Shown here: positions 1 through 10,261 of the stretch, in pieces
Layout of the letters: every line of letters begins with the position of its first letter
How positions within the stretch are numbered: position 1 is the stretch's first letter
Assembly: GCA_947501445.1 (NCBI GenBank)
Contig: CANMVS010000020.1
Location: 12,310 to 76,309 of the forward strand
Direction of reading: 5' to 3'
DNA length: 64,000 nucleotides
From: an uncultured Rhizobiaceae group bacterium
GTDB lineage: Bacteria; Pseudomonadota; Alphaproteobacteria; Rhizobiales; Rhizobiaceae
Position numbers and translations under genes: made by a program
Notes under the pieces: generated by a model
Seen by the model: the letters and a program-made list of their open reading frames with translations, nothing else
Database searches by the model: none
Told to the model about the DNA's origin: nothing

Positions 1-1
1 G

Positions 2-187
2 CCCGGCCTCGGTCAGTGAAAACTGCCGGGTGGTCCGGTTGAGCAACAATGCACCCAAATCATCTTCAAGCTCACGCACATATTTTGACAATAGTGCTTT
101 GGAGCGACCGTTGCGTCTGGCCGCTGCGGAAAATCCCTCGGCTTCCACGACGTCGATATAAGCGCGAATGCGGGTGAGTGTATCCAT
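2..187 (-). CDS. LysR-family transcriptional regulator, 5' part (runs off the window start)
   Basis: Manual translation MDTLTRIRAYIDVVEAEGFSAAARRNGRSKALLSKYVRELEDDLGALLLNRTTRQFSLTEAG is a typical LysR HTH. Its ATG overlaps the amidase TGA (ATGA). Confidence 0.93.
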   Translation of the reverse strand, partial: MDTLTRIRAYIDVVEAEGFSAAARRNGRSKALLSKYVRELEDDLGALLLNRTTRQFSLTEAG

Positions 188-1386
188 CAGCGTGTTCCAC
201 CTTTGGTGGTTTGAAGAATTGTACGTCCCAATGCAATCAGCGCCCGATCCGAGCCTCTTGGTCCCATCAGGGAAATACCAAAGGGGGCACCATCGACACT
301 GGCCAGTGGCAAAGTCAGTTGCGGTAGCCTGGTCAGACCGGACAGACACAACAGCCGCAAAGCCCGTTCGCGAAAATCCTGCAGGGATTCAAACGGATCG
401 GCCGCCAGTGGTGCTGCACCCGGGACGGTTGGCATGATAATAAGGCCATCATCTGCCACAAGATCTTCCAGCTCACTGGTGAGGGTCGTTCTCTTTTGCG
501 TTTCAGCTGCAAAGGACTGGTCCGTTATGGATTGACCATATTCAAAACGCTCCTTGACACCCGGGCCAAGGTTGCGCTCACCCGACAGCACCCAGGCACC
601 GTGCTCCTGCCAGGCTTCATGGGACTGACACTTGCGAAAACACCAGTAGCGCTCCTCCATGTCAACCGAGGTCAATGCAGCCTGTGATGCCGGACCGACA
701 AGACGCTCGATGCGCTGCAAAGCGGCAACGAAAGCGCTTTTGCCGAGGGCACCGACAATAAGGTCTTCCAGTTCTGGCAGACGCAGGATTCGCTGGAAGC
801 TGGTGGATGAAACCGGCAGCAGCAGGTTGGCAACTTTTCCGTACAGGTCCATGTCACGGGCAAACCAGCCAAATGTATCGAAACTTGCCGCCAGCGGCAT
901 TGTCCCCTCCAGTGATATGGCTCCATGGGTGACGCGCAGGCCGATCAGCCCGCAATAGGACGCAGGCGCGCGGATGGACCCGCCGGTATCTGTGCCAGTG
1001 GCAATATCGGCAAGGCCGCCGGCGACAGCGGCTGCGGAACCCGAAGACGAACCACCGGTTACCCGGTCAGGAGCGGCAGGATTAATGGGTCGCGGAAAAT
1101 GGGCGTTTTCACCGGTGAGTGAAAAGGCCAGCTCATCCGTTTGGGTTTTGCCAATAAATTCAGCGCCTGCATCCAGAAGAACCTGAACCGACGGTGCGGT
1201 GTTTTGTGCCGGTGTTCCGTGAGCGTGCTTGTGTGGATTGCCGCATCCGGTCACAAAGCCTTTCACATCATACAGATCCTTGACGGCCAATGTGCAGCCG
1301 GACAGCGGTCCGGATTGAGTGGTCGCGATTGCCGGGCCGTCCCGGTCCAAAAACGCGTTGAACCTGTCAGATCGCACGTGATTCAT
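187..1386 (-). CDS. Amidase signature family enzyme
   Basis: AVKD Lys motif, GGSSSGSAAAVA and GTDTGGSIRAPAS (Ser-cisSer-Lys triad). Confidence 0.93.
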   Translation of the reverse strand: MNHVRSDRFNAFLDRDGPAIATTQSGPLSGCTLAVKDLYDVKGFVTGCGNPHKHAHGTPAQNTAPSVQVLLDAGAEFIGKTQTDELAFSLTGENAHFPRPINPAAPDRVTGGSSSGSAAAVAGGLADIATGTDTGGSIRAPASYCGLIGLRVTHGAISLEGTMPLAASFDTFGWFARDMDLYGKVANLLLPVSSTSFQRILRLPELEDLIVGALGKSAFVAALQRIERLVGPASQAALTSVDMEERYWCFRKCQSHEAWQEHGAWVLSGERNLGPGVKERFEYGQSITDQSFAAETQKRTTLTSELEDLVADDGLIIMPTVPGAAPLAADPFESLQDFRERALRLLCLSGLTRLPQLTLPLASVDGAPFGISLMGPRGSDRALIALGRTILQTTKGGTR

Positions 1387-1529
1387 CAGCTATTGTCTCA
1401 TTTTCATGAACTTTATTTCTGGTGTCGTTCATTTTTTCTCATTTGGTGATGCTTGTCCATAAGATCAACCGAAAAAAGCGCTTGATTATCGGGCGCGCAG
1501 GTCTTATGTGGCAATTGCCCAAAGTCGCA

Positions 1530-1913
1530 CGTGCCTGTGGGTGTCCGCCGACCCTCGATAAGGTGAGGATCTCGGTATGGTACCTGGAACTAACCCCTCC
1601 AGTCGGTTTGTCAGCCTACTGCCAGATCGAGGACATCTTGAAGCAACGACGGTGCGGGCCTTTATGGTGTCTGCCGGCTGTCCATAAGCCGGGGTTACTG
1701 CAGAGGCACACCCTCATTGCCGGAAGTGCGGTTGGGATTCCCATCCAATCCAAGGCAGACAAAGCTGGAACGCGTGGACCGTGAAAAGTCCTGTGGTCCT
1801 ACCATCGCATCGAGATTTCGTTGCGGAGCCGGTGCTTCCACCAATCGGTTCCCTGACTGATGATCGCATGCCTTTGTCGCACGGCTTTCGCCGGAACTGA
1901 TTGGGAGAACCCG
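1530..1913 (+). promoter_or_regulatory. Long structured 5' leader of ornithine decarboxylase, probably the alphaproteobacterial speF leader RNA motif
   Basis: ~380 nt non-coding leader with several hairpins (CCGGCT/AGCCGG 1674-1692, GGACC...GGTCC, GGAGC/GCTTCC) directly upstream of a fold-III ODC. This is the context of the speF motif known from Rhizobiales. Not run against Rfam; boundaries approximate. Confidence 0.65.
1577..1687 (+). CDS. Candidate 36-aa leader peptide (uORF) MVPGTNPSSRFVSLLPDRGHLEATTVRAFMVSAGCP
   Basis: Strong SD-like AAGGTGAGGA about 7 nt upstream of ATG 1577; open to TAA 1685-1687. Translation not demonstrated. Confidence 0.4.
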   Translation: MVPGTNPSSRFVSLLPDRGHLEATTVRAFMVSAGCP

Positions 1914-3047
1914 ATGACTACTGAACGTATTATAGATTTCCTCAACACCCGACGACCTGATGGTCCCTGTCTGGTGGTTGATCTTGATGTTGTGCGTGAC
2001 AACTTCACCGCCTTCAAAAGGGCGCTGCCACAAAGCGCCATTTATTACGCGGTTAAAGCCAATCCTGCCCCGGAAATCCTGCGGATGCTGGCGTCTATGG
2101 GATCAAATTTTGATGCTGCGTCGGTAACGGAAGTTGAGATGGCCCTTGAAGCCGGTGCAACGCCAGACCGTATCTCCTTTGGCAATACGATCAAAAAGGA
2201 ACGGGATGTGGCACGCGCCCATGCGCTTGGTGTTTCAATGTTTGCCGTTGATTGTGTGGAAGAAGTCGAGAAAATTGCCCGATCGGCCCCTGGTTCGCAG
2301 GTATTTTGCCGTGTTCTGACCGATGGCGAAGGTGCTGAATGGCCTTTGTCGCGCAAATTCGGTTGTGCGCCTTCAATGGCGGTTGATGTTCTGCGCCATA
2401 GCCATGCGCTCGGACTTGAAGCCCATGGTGTGTCCTTTCACGTCGGCTCACAGCAGACGCAGTTGAACGCGTGGGACAGAGCCCTCAAGGATGCGCGCGG
2501 TGTATTTGATGCATTGGCGGGTGAAGGCATTATCCTCAAGATGGTCAATATGGGTGGTGGATTTCCAACACGCTATCTGAAGGATATTCCGACAGCAGAA
2601 GCCTATGGGCAGGCCATTTTTCAGGCGCTGAGCAAGCATTTTGGCAATAATCTGCCGCACACCATCATTGAACCCGGTCGTGGCATGGTCGGCAACGCCG
2701 GCGTGATCAAGGCAGAAGTTGTGCTGGTGTCGCGCAAGGCCGACAATGACAATCTGCGCTGGGTCTATCTGGATATCGGTAAATTTGGCGGGTTGGCCGA
2801 AACGATGGACGAAGCCATTCGCTACCCGATCCGTACAAGCCGCGATAATGATGCGTTTGAGCCCTGTGTTCTTGCCGGGCCGACCTGCGACAGTGCTGAT
2901 GTGTTGTATGAAAAGAAACCCTATCCGTTGCCCATATCACTGACCATCGGCGACGAGGTGCTCATAGAGGGAACCGGTGCCTATACAACCACCTATTCCT
3001 CTGTGGCATTCAACGGGTTTGAGCCGCTGAAATCATACGTCATCTGA
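1914..3047 (+). CDS. Ornithine/lysine decarboxylase, PLP fold-type III
   Basis: YAVKANP (PLP lysine), SFHVGSQ, NMGGGFP, IEPGR, LAGPTCDSAD. Start refined to ATG 1914 with SD GGGAGA. Confidence 0.95.
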   Translation: MTTERIIDFLNTRRPDGPCLVVDLDVVRDNFTAFKRALPQSAIYYAVKANPAPEILRMLASMGSNFDAASVTEVEMALEAGATPDRISFGNTIKKERDVARAHALGVSMFAVDCVEEVEKIARSAPGSQVFCRVLTDGEGAEWPLSRKFGCAPSMAVDVLRHSHALGLEAHGVSFHVGSQQTQLNAWDRALKDARGVFDALAGEGIILKMVNMGGGFPTRYLKDIPTAEAYGQAIFQALSKHFGNNLPHTIIEPGRGMVGNAGVIKAEVVLVSRKADNDNLRWVYLDIGKFGGLAETMDEAIRYPIRTSRDNDAFEPCVLAGPTCDSADVLYEKKPYPLPISLTIGDEVLIEGTGAYTTTYSSVAFNGFEPLKSYVI

Positions 3048-3049
3048 GC

Positions 3050-3799
3050 CTAAAAGGTCTCCTTCCAGGGACGAATATCCAGTTCCTGGGTCCAGGCGCT
3101 GCGTTGTTGCTGATGCAGCCAGACATAGTTTCTGGCAATCTCATCCGGTGACAATATGGCGTCCTGGGCCCGGGCCTCATCCACATCCGGCCTGTTGTCA
3201 CGGATGAAGTTGGAATCAATGGCGCCGTCAACCACCACATGGGCAACATGGATGTTTTGTGGACCAAGCTCGCGTGCCATGGATTGGGCCAGCGCCCGCA
3301 AAGCGAATTTGGCACTGGCAAAGGCGCTAAAGTTTTTGCCACCGCGCACACTGGCCGTTGCACCGGTGAAAATGATGGTGCCGCGTTGGCGCGTCAACAT
3401 GTGTCTGGCAACTTCCCGTCCGGTCAAAAATCCGGCAAAACAGGCCATCTCCCATACTTTGCGAAAGACCCGTGATGTTGTCTTTTCAATTGGAAATGCG
3501 ACATTCGCCCCGATGTTGAAAATGGCCACCTCGATGGGACCAATGTCGCGTTCAATAGTGTCAACAAGCGACACCATGTCCTCTTCTTCACGTGCGTCCA
3601 CACCAAAGGGATGTGCCTTTCCACCGTCGCTGCGTATTTGTGCCGCAAGCGCTTCTAGTTTTTCCAGATGACGCGGTCGGCGCACCAGACAGATGTCGTA
3701 ACCCAGATGTGCAAAGGCTCTGGCGCAGGCTGCACCGGTGTCATCGCCTGCTCCAATAATCAGGCAGGCACCGTGCCGGTTCGTTCGGGCCGTGTTCAT
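3050..3799 (-). CDS. Short-chain dehydrogenase/reductase
   Basis: IIGAGDDTG Rossmann motif, FNIGAN, FTGATAS, FASAK (atypical YxxxK). Confidence 0.9.
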   Translation of the reverse strand: MNTARTNRHGACLIIGAGDDTGAACARAFAHLGYDICLVRRPRHLEKLEALAAQIRSDGGKAHPFGVDAREEEDMVSLVDTIERDIGPIEVAIFNIGANVAFPIEKTTSRVFRKVWEMACFAGFLTGREVARHMLTRQRGTIIFTGATASVRGGKNFSAFASAKFALRALAQSMARELGPQNIHVAHVVVDGAIDSNFIRDNRPDVDEARAQDAILSPDEIARNYVWLHQQQRSAWTQELDIRPWKETF

Positions 3800-3822
3800 G
3801 ACGCATAAACTCCGATGATCGT

Positions 3823-4434
3823 TCAGCTTTGATTGATTATCTCTTCGGTGACCTGGGACAGCCGCTCTTTGCCAAAAAACATTTCCTTGCCGACAAAAAA
3901 GGTTGGAATACCGAAGGCACCGCGCTCAACGGCTGCATTGGTATTTGCTGCGAGCTTTGCCTTGACCTCGGGGGCTTGCGTTTTGGTCAGGAGTGCCTTT
4001 GCATCAAAACCGGATTCATTTAAAGCGGCAGCCACAACGACCGGGTCATTCAAATCCCTGGGTTCCTCCCACATGTGGTGCATCACCGCCTCCACATAAC
4101 GGTGAAACGCATCCGGTCCTTCATCCTGTATGGCTATCGCACCACGCATCAAAAGCAGGGTGTTGACCGGGAAATGTGGGTTGAATTTGAAATCACTCAG
4201 GCCATGCCTGCTGATGAAGCGCCCAAACTCCTGCCGTTCATACTCCAGCCGGTTGGTGATTTTGGCAAAGGCAATCATCGGTGCCTGATTGCCGGTCGCT
4301 TTGAATATGCCACCAAGCAGACAGGGTATGTAATTGAACGTTGCCCCGGTACGCTCGCAAATCTGAGGCAGCACCTTGTGCGTGAGATAGGCATTGGGGC
4401 TGGCGAAATCGAAAATGAAATCAACAGGCGGCAT
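3823..4434 (-). CDS. 2-hydroxychromene-2-carboxylate isomerase / DsbA-like kappa-GST family protein
   Basis: VDFIFDFASPNAYL, FGIPTFFVG..MFFGKERL. Start refined to ATG 4434 with SD AGGA. Confidence 0.9.
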   Translation of the reverse strand: MPPVDFIFDFASPNAYLTHKVLPQICERTGATFNYIPCLLGGIFKATGNQAPMIAFAKITNRLEYERQEFGRFISRHGLSDFKFNPHFPVNTLLLMRGAIAIQDEGPDAFHRYVEAVMHHMWEEPRDLNDPVVVAAALNESGFDAKALLTKTQAPEVKAKLAANTNAAVERGAFGIPTFFVGKEMFFGKERLSQVTEEIINQS

Positions 4435-4569
4435 GGGTTTTCCTATCTGTGTGGTTGATTGATGAAGAAACGTTGCAGGTACCGGATTGTTGTTGTTAGC
4501 ATTTTCATTCTGACGCTTTTTGCCGATTTGGAAACTCAGCTGTGGCCCATCGTTCAATTTTTGTGGTCC

Positions 4570-6198
4570 TTATAACATTTGCGGTAGCCAGGTTGCCAGT
4601 TTTGGCCAGAGCGCCACAGTACCAAGCACGATGATCTGGATGGCGACGAATGGGATAACACCGCGATAAATGTCGCTTGTACGCACAGACGGCGGCGCAA
4701 CACCGCGCAGGTAAAACAGCGCAAATCCGAATGGTGGTGTCAGGAAGCTTGTTTGCAGATTGAGACCCATCAACACTGCAATCCAGACCGGGGAAAACAG
4801 TGCCAGTCCGAGTTCATCGTTAAAGGCAAACAGCGTCGGTGCCATGATGGGAATGACAACAAAGACAATTTCCAGAAAATCCAGAAAGAACCCCAGCAAA
4901 AACATCACCAGCATGACCGCTGCCAGTGCAACCCATGGCCCGCCGGGCAGATCGGTCAAAAATGTGTGGATCGTGGCCTCGCCGCCAAGACCGCGAAAGG
5001 TCAGGTTGAAAACCTGCGCGCCGATGTAAATGGTGAAAACCATCGCGCTCATCTGAACTGTTGTGCGCATGGCCCGGGCCAATACCCGTGTTTGTACTGC
5101 ATTGTCTTCGCGCATGTGCCAGGTGCGCCTGAGACTGTCGAACAGGCCCCAGGCAAAGACCGCCAATCCGGCGGAGGCGAAAAACATGCCAACCATATCA
5201 CCCATATTCAGCACCGAGCGCGTGACACGAAGATCAAACAATGTTGCCGCAATGACCACGACTGCGATACCAATGACGGCGGTCTTTTGCGGCAAGGTGT
5301 TGTCGGGCATCATCTTAATTCCGGCAAGCAGGATTGCGCCTGCAGCGCCAATTGCGGCGGCTTCGGTTGGTGTGGCGATGCCGAAGATGATGGAGCCCAG
5401 GACAGATATGATCAGCAGGAGCGGTGGCAGCAGGATGGATAGCAGCGCCGCGACCGGCGGGCGTGCGCTGTCCTGTGTGACGACACTGGGTGCAGAACCC
5501 GGGCGAATACGTGCCACCAGCGCCACATAGACAATATAGACAGCAACAAGCAGCAGACCGGGAACCAGTGCGCCGGCGAAAACGTCACCGATGGACATGG
5601 GTGTTGGTGCCCAGTCGCCGACGGATCTGCGTGCTTCGATATAGGCGTTGGAGAGGATATCTCCCAAAATTATCAATACGATGGATGGCGGAATGATCTG
5701 GCCCAATGTACCAGACGCCGCAATAATGCCGGTTGCAAGTTTTGGGTCATAGCGATGGGCAAGCATGCTGGGCAGGGAAATGAGACCCATGGTCACCACC
5801 GTCGCACCGACAATGCCGGTTGATGCTGCGAGCAACATGCCGACAATGGCGACCGATATGCCCAGACCGCCCGGCATGCGGCCAAAGAGCTTTGCCATGG
5901 TTTCAAGCAATTCGGCGGCAACACCACTGCGTTCCAGCATGACGCCCATGAAGATAAAGAGCGGCACCGCCACCAGAACCTCATTGGTCTCGTCCATCAG
6001 CCCAAACAGGCGTGCAAACAGGGCCTTGAGAAACGAAATATCACCGCTGGCAAAAAAGCCGACACCGGCCCAGGCGCCAAGAACAGCAAATAGGATGCCA
6101 ACGCCTGCCAGGGTGAATGCCACCGGAAACCCGCGCAACAGCAGGATGATGGCAGCGGGAAACATCAGCAGATCGAGATGGCTGATAATGAAATTCAT
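4570..6198 (-). CDS. dctM: TRAP transporter large permease
   Basis: Polytopic membrane protein with AVPLFIFMG, GTLGQIIPPS and FLTPPFGFALFYL motifs. Confidence 0.92.
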   Translation of the reverse strand: MNFIISHLDLLMFPAAIILLLRGFPVAFTLAGVGILFAVLGAWAGVGFFASGDISFLKALFARLFGLMDETNEVLVAVPLFIFMGVMLERSGVAAELLETMAKLFGRMPGGLGISVAIVGMLLAASTGIVGATVVTMGLISLPSMLAHRYDPKLATGIIAASGTLGQIIPPSIVLIILGDILSNAYIEARRSVGDWAPTPMSIGDVFAGALVPGLLLVAVYIVYVALVARIRPGSAPSVVTQDSARPPVAALLSILLPPLLLIISVLGSIIFGIATPTEAAAIGAAGAILLAGIKMMPDNTLPQKTAVIGIAVVVIAATLFDLRVTRSVLNMGDMVGMFFASAGLAVFAWGLFDSLRRTWHMREDNAVQTRVLARAMRTTVQMSAMVFTIYIGAQVFNLTFRGLGGEATIHTFLTDLPGGPWVALAAVMLVMFLLGFFLDFLEIVFVVIPIMAPTLFAFNDELGLALFSPVWIAVLMGLNLQTSFLTPPFGFALFYLRGVAPPSVRTSDIYRGVIPFVAIQIIVLGTVALWPKLATWLPQML

Positions 6199-6746
6199 AA
6201 TGTGTCGGCGGATTTAAAGAGTGCAATATCCTGACGACCGGTCAGACTGATGGCAGCCTTGAGCGCTGTTGAAACGGCCTGTAAGCCCACAAGAATGGCG
6301 AAAGCCAGAATTGTCGTTTTCAACAGATAACGAAAGGGCAGGCCATTGGGTTCAATCGAGCCCTCGTGTGTTGCCCAGGCTATTTCCACATTGGGCAGGG
6401 ATGACCAGGCAATAATGGCGCACAGCGGCAAAAGAAAAACCACACAGCCCAGCAGATCAGTCCAGTCACGCTGGCGCGGCGTTTGTTTCAGACGAAATAC
6501 ATCAATGCGGACGTGACCATCGTATAAAAACGTATAGGCCGCCGCCAGCATGATGGTTGCCCCATGCAGATAGACGACGCCTTCCTGCAACCAGATGGAT
6601 GGCAGGAAAAATATGGAATTGGATGCGAATACATAACGGCTAATGACGATGGCAAGCTGCAACAGCACCATCGCCAGTATGCCCCAGGCGACAATTTTGC
6701 CGATTGTTTCGTTCAACCGGTCAATGAGCCGAACCAGACGGATCAT
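6195..6746 (-). CDS. dctQ: TRAP transporter small permease
   Basis: Four TM helices, HVRIDVF motif. Start refined to ATG 6746; overlaps the dctM start. Confidence 0.9.
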   Translation of the reverse strand: MIRLVRLIDRLNETIGKIVAWGILAMVLLQLAIVISRYVFASNSIFFLPSIWLQEGVVYLHGATIMLAAAYTFLYDGHVRIDVFRLKQTPRQRDWTDLLGCVVFLLPLCAIIAWSSLPNVEIAWATHEGSIEPNGLPFRYLLKTTILAFAILVGLQAVSTALKAAISLTGRQDIALFKSADTL

Positions 6747-6808
6747 GCCATTTCCTTCAATCAGCAAAGGCAGGCCGTATCCGGCCTGCATGCCAGGGTG
6801 GACAAAAT

Positions 6809-7882
6809 CTATACGCCCCACACGGCGGCGCGATCCATATACATTTGCCCTTCCAGAACCTTGCCGATGGCAGCGCATTTGCGCACATATTCGAAATAGG
6901 GACCCTGGATTTTCTCGGACATCGGGTCGCCCTTGGGATATTCGGCTATGGCCGCCTTGGATGCGGTGCCCAAAGCAGCGACGACATCTGGAGGAAAGAC
7001 CGAAGGGGTAACGCCGCTGCTGACAAGCTGATCAAGAACAATGGCATTATTGTAGGCATAGGCGCTTGTTGTCTCATCCATCATTGCTGAGGACGCACCT
7101 TCGATGATTGCCTGATGCTGTTTGGAAAGCGAGTTCCAAACATCCATATTGACGATACATTCCAGCATTGGACCAGGCTCATGGAAAGCCGGCATGTAAT
7201 AGTAAGGCGCTATTTTTGAAAGGCCGAGTGCCACGTCATTCCAGGGCCCGACAAATTCTGCCGCATCTACCACACCGGATTGTAGCGATGAAAAAATTTC
7301 CGATGGCGGAAGATTGACCGTTGAAACGCCTATTTTCTGCATCACTGCGCCGCCAAGGCCGGCAATGCGCATTTTCAGCCCCTGCAAATCATCTAGCGAA
7401 TTGATCGGTTTCTTGAACCAGCCGCCCGCCTGGGTCATCGAGTTTCCGGCTGCAAATGGTTTTAGATTGAACGGCGCATAGGCCTCATCCCACAGGGCCT
7501 GCCCACCGCCAAAACGGATCCAGCCCGCCAGCTCGCTGGATGATAATCCGTAGGGAAATGTTGTGAAATACATTGTTGCGCGAATTTTGCCGGCAGCAAA
7601 ATAGGGTGCGGTGTGGCCAAGGTCTGCAGCTCCGGTCGACACCGCATCATTGACACCAAAGGGGGGCACAAGTTCGCCGCCGCCAAAATACTGAACCGTC
7701 AGCGCGCCATCCGACATGGCCGTAATGCGTTCACCAAGGCGTTCTGCGCCTTGCCCAACGCCGGGAAATCCGCGTGGAAATGTGCCCACAAGTTTGAGTG
7801 TACGCTTGCCCTGGGCAATCGCAGGTGTTGCCAGCGTCGCCGCACCCAAAGCAGCGCCGCCAAGAAGTGTTCTTCTGTCCAT
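6809..7882 (-). CDS. dctP: TRAP transporter substrate-binding protein (TakP-like, Tat signal)
   Basis: MDRRTLL twin-arginine signal, LKMRIAGLGG, VDAAEFVGP. True start at ATG 7882; the longer ORF-track start runs through a repeat. Confidence 0.92.
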   Translation of the reverse strand: MDRRTLLGGAALGAATLATPAIAQGKRTLKLVGTFPRGFPGVGQGAERLGERITAMSDGALTVQYFGGGELVPPFGVNDAVSTGAADLGHTAPYFAAGKIRATMYFTTFPYGLSSSELAGWIRFGGGQALWDEAYAPFNLKPFAAGNSMTQAGGWFKKPINSLDDLQGLKMRIAGLGGAVMQKIGVSTVNLPPSEIFSSLQSGVVDAAEFVGPWNDVALGLSKIAPYYYMPAFHEPGPMLECIVNMDVWNSLSKQHQAIIEGASSAMMDETTSAYAYNNAIVLDQLVSSGVTPSVFPPDVVAALGTASKAAIAEYPKGDPMSEKIQGPYFEYVRKCAAIGKVLEGQMYMDRAAVWGV

Positions 7883-7963
7883 AATGTCCACCCTGTCACA
7901 ATTGTTTGAAATTATCTGCCGAGTGTAACAAACAAATCGGCGGGGTAAACACCCAAGGGTGTT

Positions 7964-8063
7964 GGAGCACTTCAGGTTTTGACGGAATAGGTAAAACCTG
8001 AATGCATCAACAAAATCAAAGGCCGACACCATTGTCCCGTTTCTGACAAACGCGAAACGGTCC
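7964..8063 (+). repeat. ~100 bp dual-hairpin intergenic repeat, copy 1
   Basis: CAGGTTTTGACGGAATAGGTAAAACCTGAATGCATCAACAAAATCAAAGGCCGACACC...CCGTTTCTGACAAACGCGAAACGGTCC; recurs four more times in the window. Confidence 0.9.
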
Positions 8064-8078
8064 GGGCTGTTACAATGT

Positions 8079-9053
8079 TTAGCCGACGAGATCGATAATG
8101 CCGCAGTCGCCGCTTTCAGAGCCGAAGGCCAGTTGCGCACTGACTCTGCTCCAATTCAGGGAGCTGATCGGGCCCTTGCCACCGCGCCGCAGCAGGGCTT
8201 CTTTCTGATCACTGATGAGGCAGGCGAGAATCATGCCGTCCGCATAACCAATGGCCACAACGTCATCTGTCGGGTGGCAGGCAACGCAGGTGACCATCGT
8301 GTCACCGCGCGTGGAGAGTTCGAGCGGCGCCTTGCCCATCGGACCATCCTTGCCACTAAAGGGCCAGACAATGGCCGCTGGTGCGCCAGATGAAGCAAGC
8401 CACTTGCCTTTGGCACTCCAACTGACGGATTTCACCTTGGCCGGGTAACCGCTCATGCGCATATGTTTGCCGTCTTTGAGACGCCATCCGTGCAGGGCAT
8501 TTTCCTGCATGCTGCTCACGACATACATGCCATCCGGTGAAAAGGTTACCAGTCCGTGGGCACCGCCCCACTCAAGATCAACGGGTGGTGCACTGGCTGC
8601 TGCCCAGTGAAGCGAAACACCATTGTATCGTGCAGCCGCAATGCGCATGCCTTTGGGTGCAAATGCCAGGCCTTCAACGGTGCGCTGTTCCGTGAATTCG
8701 GCAATTTTGCCATTGGCGTCGCGCACATAGGCGCTGCGACCGGTTGCATAACCGACAGCCTGGTGCGGGCCGCTGGCGACGCAGGTTATCCATTTGCCAT
8801 TGTTGTCGGCAAGGGTTTGTGACGCGCCATCCGCACTCGTGCGGATAATCTTTCCGTCTTCCCCGCCCGATAACAGGGTTTTTCCGGATTGCTCCACGCT
8901 GGCACACAATAATCCATCATGGGGTTGTGCAGATTTGTGGCCGTGGTCCAGCCAGTGGATGTCACCATCGGCCAGTGCAAAAAAGGGAATAGAGCCTAAA
9001 AAGGCCGCGGTGACACAGTGACCATCAAGATCGAGCGGAGCCAGTGTTGGCAT
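8079..9053 (-). CDS. WD40-repeat beta-propeller protein
   Basis: Repeated strand units (LLSGGEDG, LAFAPKG, VTFSPDG, VSWSAKG, VACHPTD, LNWS); 8 nt from the COG0523 gene. Confidence 0.85.
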   Translation of the reverse strand: MPTLAPLDLDGHCVTAAFLGSIPFFALADGDIHWLDHGHKSAQPHDGLLCASVEQSGKTLLSGGEDGKIIRTSADGASQTLADNNGKWITCVASGPHQAVGYATGRSAYVRDANGKIAEFTEQRTVEGLAFAPKGMRIAAARYNGVSLHWAAASAPPVDLEWGGAHGLVTFSPDGMYVVSSMQENALHGWRLKDGKHMRMSGYPAKVKSVSWSAKGKWLASSGAPAAIVWPFSGKDGPMGKAPLELSTRGDTMVTCVACHPTDDVVAIGYADGMILACLISDQKEALLRRGGKGPISSLNWSRVSAQLAFGSESGDCGIIDLVG

Positions 9054-9061
9054 AGTTATTC

Positions 9062-10141
9062 CTACTGTTTGACCTGACAGGCTTCGAAGGTGCGTTTCAA
9101 TTTTTCATGGTCCAGATCACGACCAATGAAAACCATCCGGCTTTCACGTTTTTCATCCGGTTTCCACGGACGCTGGTAGTCCCCTTCCACCAACATGTGG
9201 ATGCCCTGAACGACATAGCGTTCATCGTCATTTTCAAATGCAATGATCCCTTTGAGGCGTAGTATGTTCGGACCATCGATCTGGGTTATTTTCTGCATCC
9301 ACTGCAAAAAATGCTCCTGTTTGACAGGGCCCGCTCTCAGGGAGATGGATTGCACGCTGGTGTCGTGAATATCAGCGACCCCGTGTTCATGTTTGTGGTC
9401 ATGATCATGGCTGTGCGCATGGTTGTGCTCGTGCGCATGATCATGATCGCATTCCGGCGTGCATAGGTGATCGGGATCATCGTGATCGAGAAAATGCGGG
9501 TCAGCATCCAATGCCCGTTGCAGATCAAAGGCACCACGATCCAGAATTTTATCCAATGCGACCTTTGCACGCTGGGTGCGGTGGATACGGGCGGATGGAT
9601 TAATGGACCGTATCGTTGCCTCCAGTTTGTCGAGTGTCTCTTCATCGACCAGGTCAGTCTTGTTCAAGACGATGACATCGGCAAATGCGATCTGGTCCTC
9701 AGCCTCGCGGCTGTCTTTCAAACGCAGTGGCAGATGTTTGGCATCGACCAGTGCAACCACAGCATCCAGCCGCGTTTTTGCCCGTACATCATCATCCATG
9801 AAAAAAGTCTGGGCGACGGGAGCCGGGTCGGCAAGGCCGGTTGTCTCAACAACAATGGCATCAAAGCGCCCTGGTCGCCGCATCAGGCCTGCAACGACGC
9901 GAATGAGATCACCACGCACTGTGCAGCACACGCAGCCATTGTTCATCTCGTAGATTTCTTCGTCTGATTCAACAATCAGATCATTGTCGATACCGATTTC
10001 GCCAAATTCATTGACGATGACCGCATAGCGCTTGCCGTGGTCTTCCGACAATATCCGGTTCAGCATTGTCGTTTTGCCGGCACCAAGATATCCGGTAAGG
10101 ACTGTGACCGGAATTGGGTTGACTGTATCGCTCATTAACAT
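9062..10141 (-). CDS. COG0523/CobW-family G3E metallochaperone GTPase
   Basis: GYLGAGKT Walker A, NEFGE, GCVCC (CxCC), ETTG, NKTD, His-rich linker, CobW_C domain. Confidence 0.95.
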   Translation of the reverse strand: MLMSDTVNPIPVTVLTGYLGAGKTTMLNRILSEDHGKRYAVIVNEFGEIGIDNDLIVESDEEIYEMNNGCVCCTVRGDLIRVVAGLMRRPGRFDAIVVETTGLADPAPVAQTFFMDDDVRAKTRLDAVVALVDAKHLPLRLKDSREAEDQIAFADVIVLNKTDLVDEETLDKLEATIRSINPSARIHRTQRAKVALDKILDRGAFDLQRALDADPHFLDHDDPDHLCTPECDHDHAHEHNHAHSHDHDHKHEHGVADIHDTSVQSISLRAGPVKQEHFLQWMQKITQIDGPNILRLKGIIAFENDDERYVVQGIHMLVEGDYQRPWKPDEKRESRMVFIGRDLDHEKLKRTFEACQVKQ

Positions 10142-10261
10142 GGCTCCTGAATCTTAGTGACGCATATAGGCGATGATCTGGTTGGGCGCCAGCGGGCGAG
10201 GCGGATTAACACCTTCATCTCTACCAGAATCTTTCAATACATGGATATGGCGGTTGGACGT

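Noticed and set aside
7883-8140. N-terminal extension of the dctP ORF in the ORF track
   Set aside because: It reads through repeat copy 1 and overlaps the WD40 gene. The same peptide (FDFVDAFRFY) appears in the spurious ORF 25728-26066 over copy 3. The Tat signal starts at 7882.
9380-9500. Low-complexity CATGAT/GATCAT-like repeats
   Set aside because: They simply encode the His/Asp-rich linker of the COG0523 GTPase.
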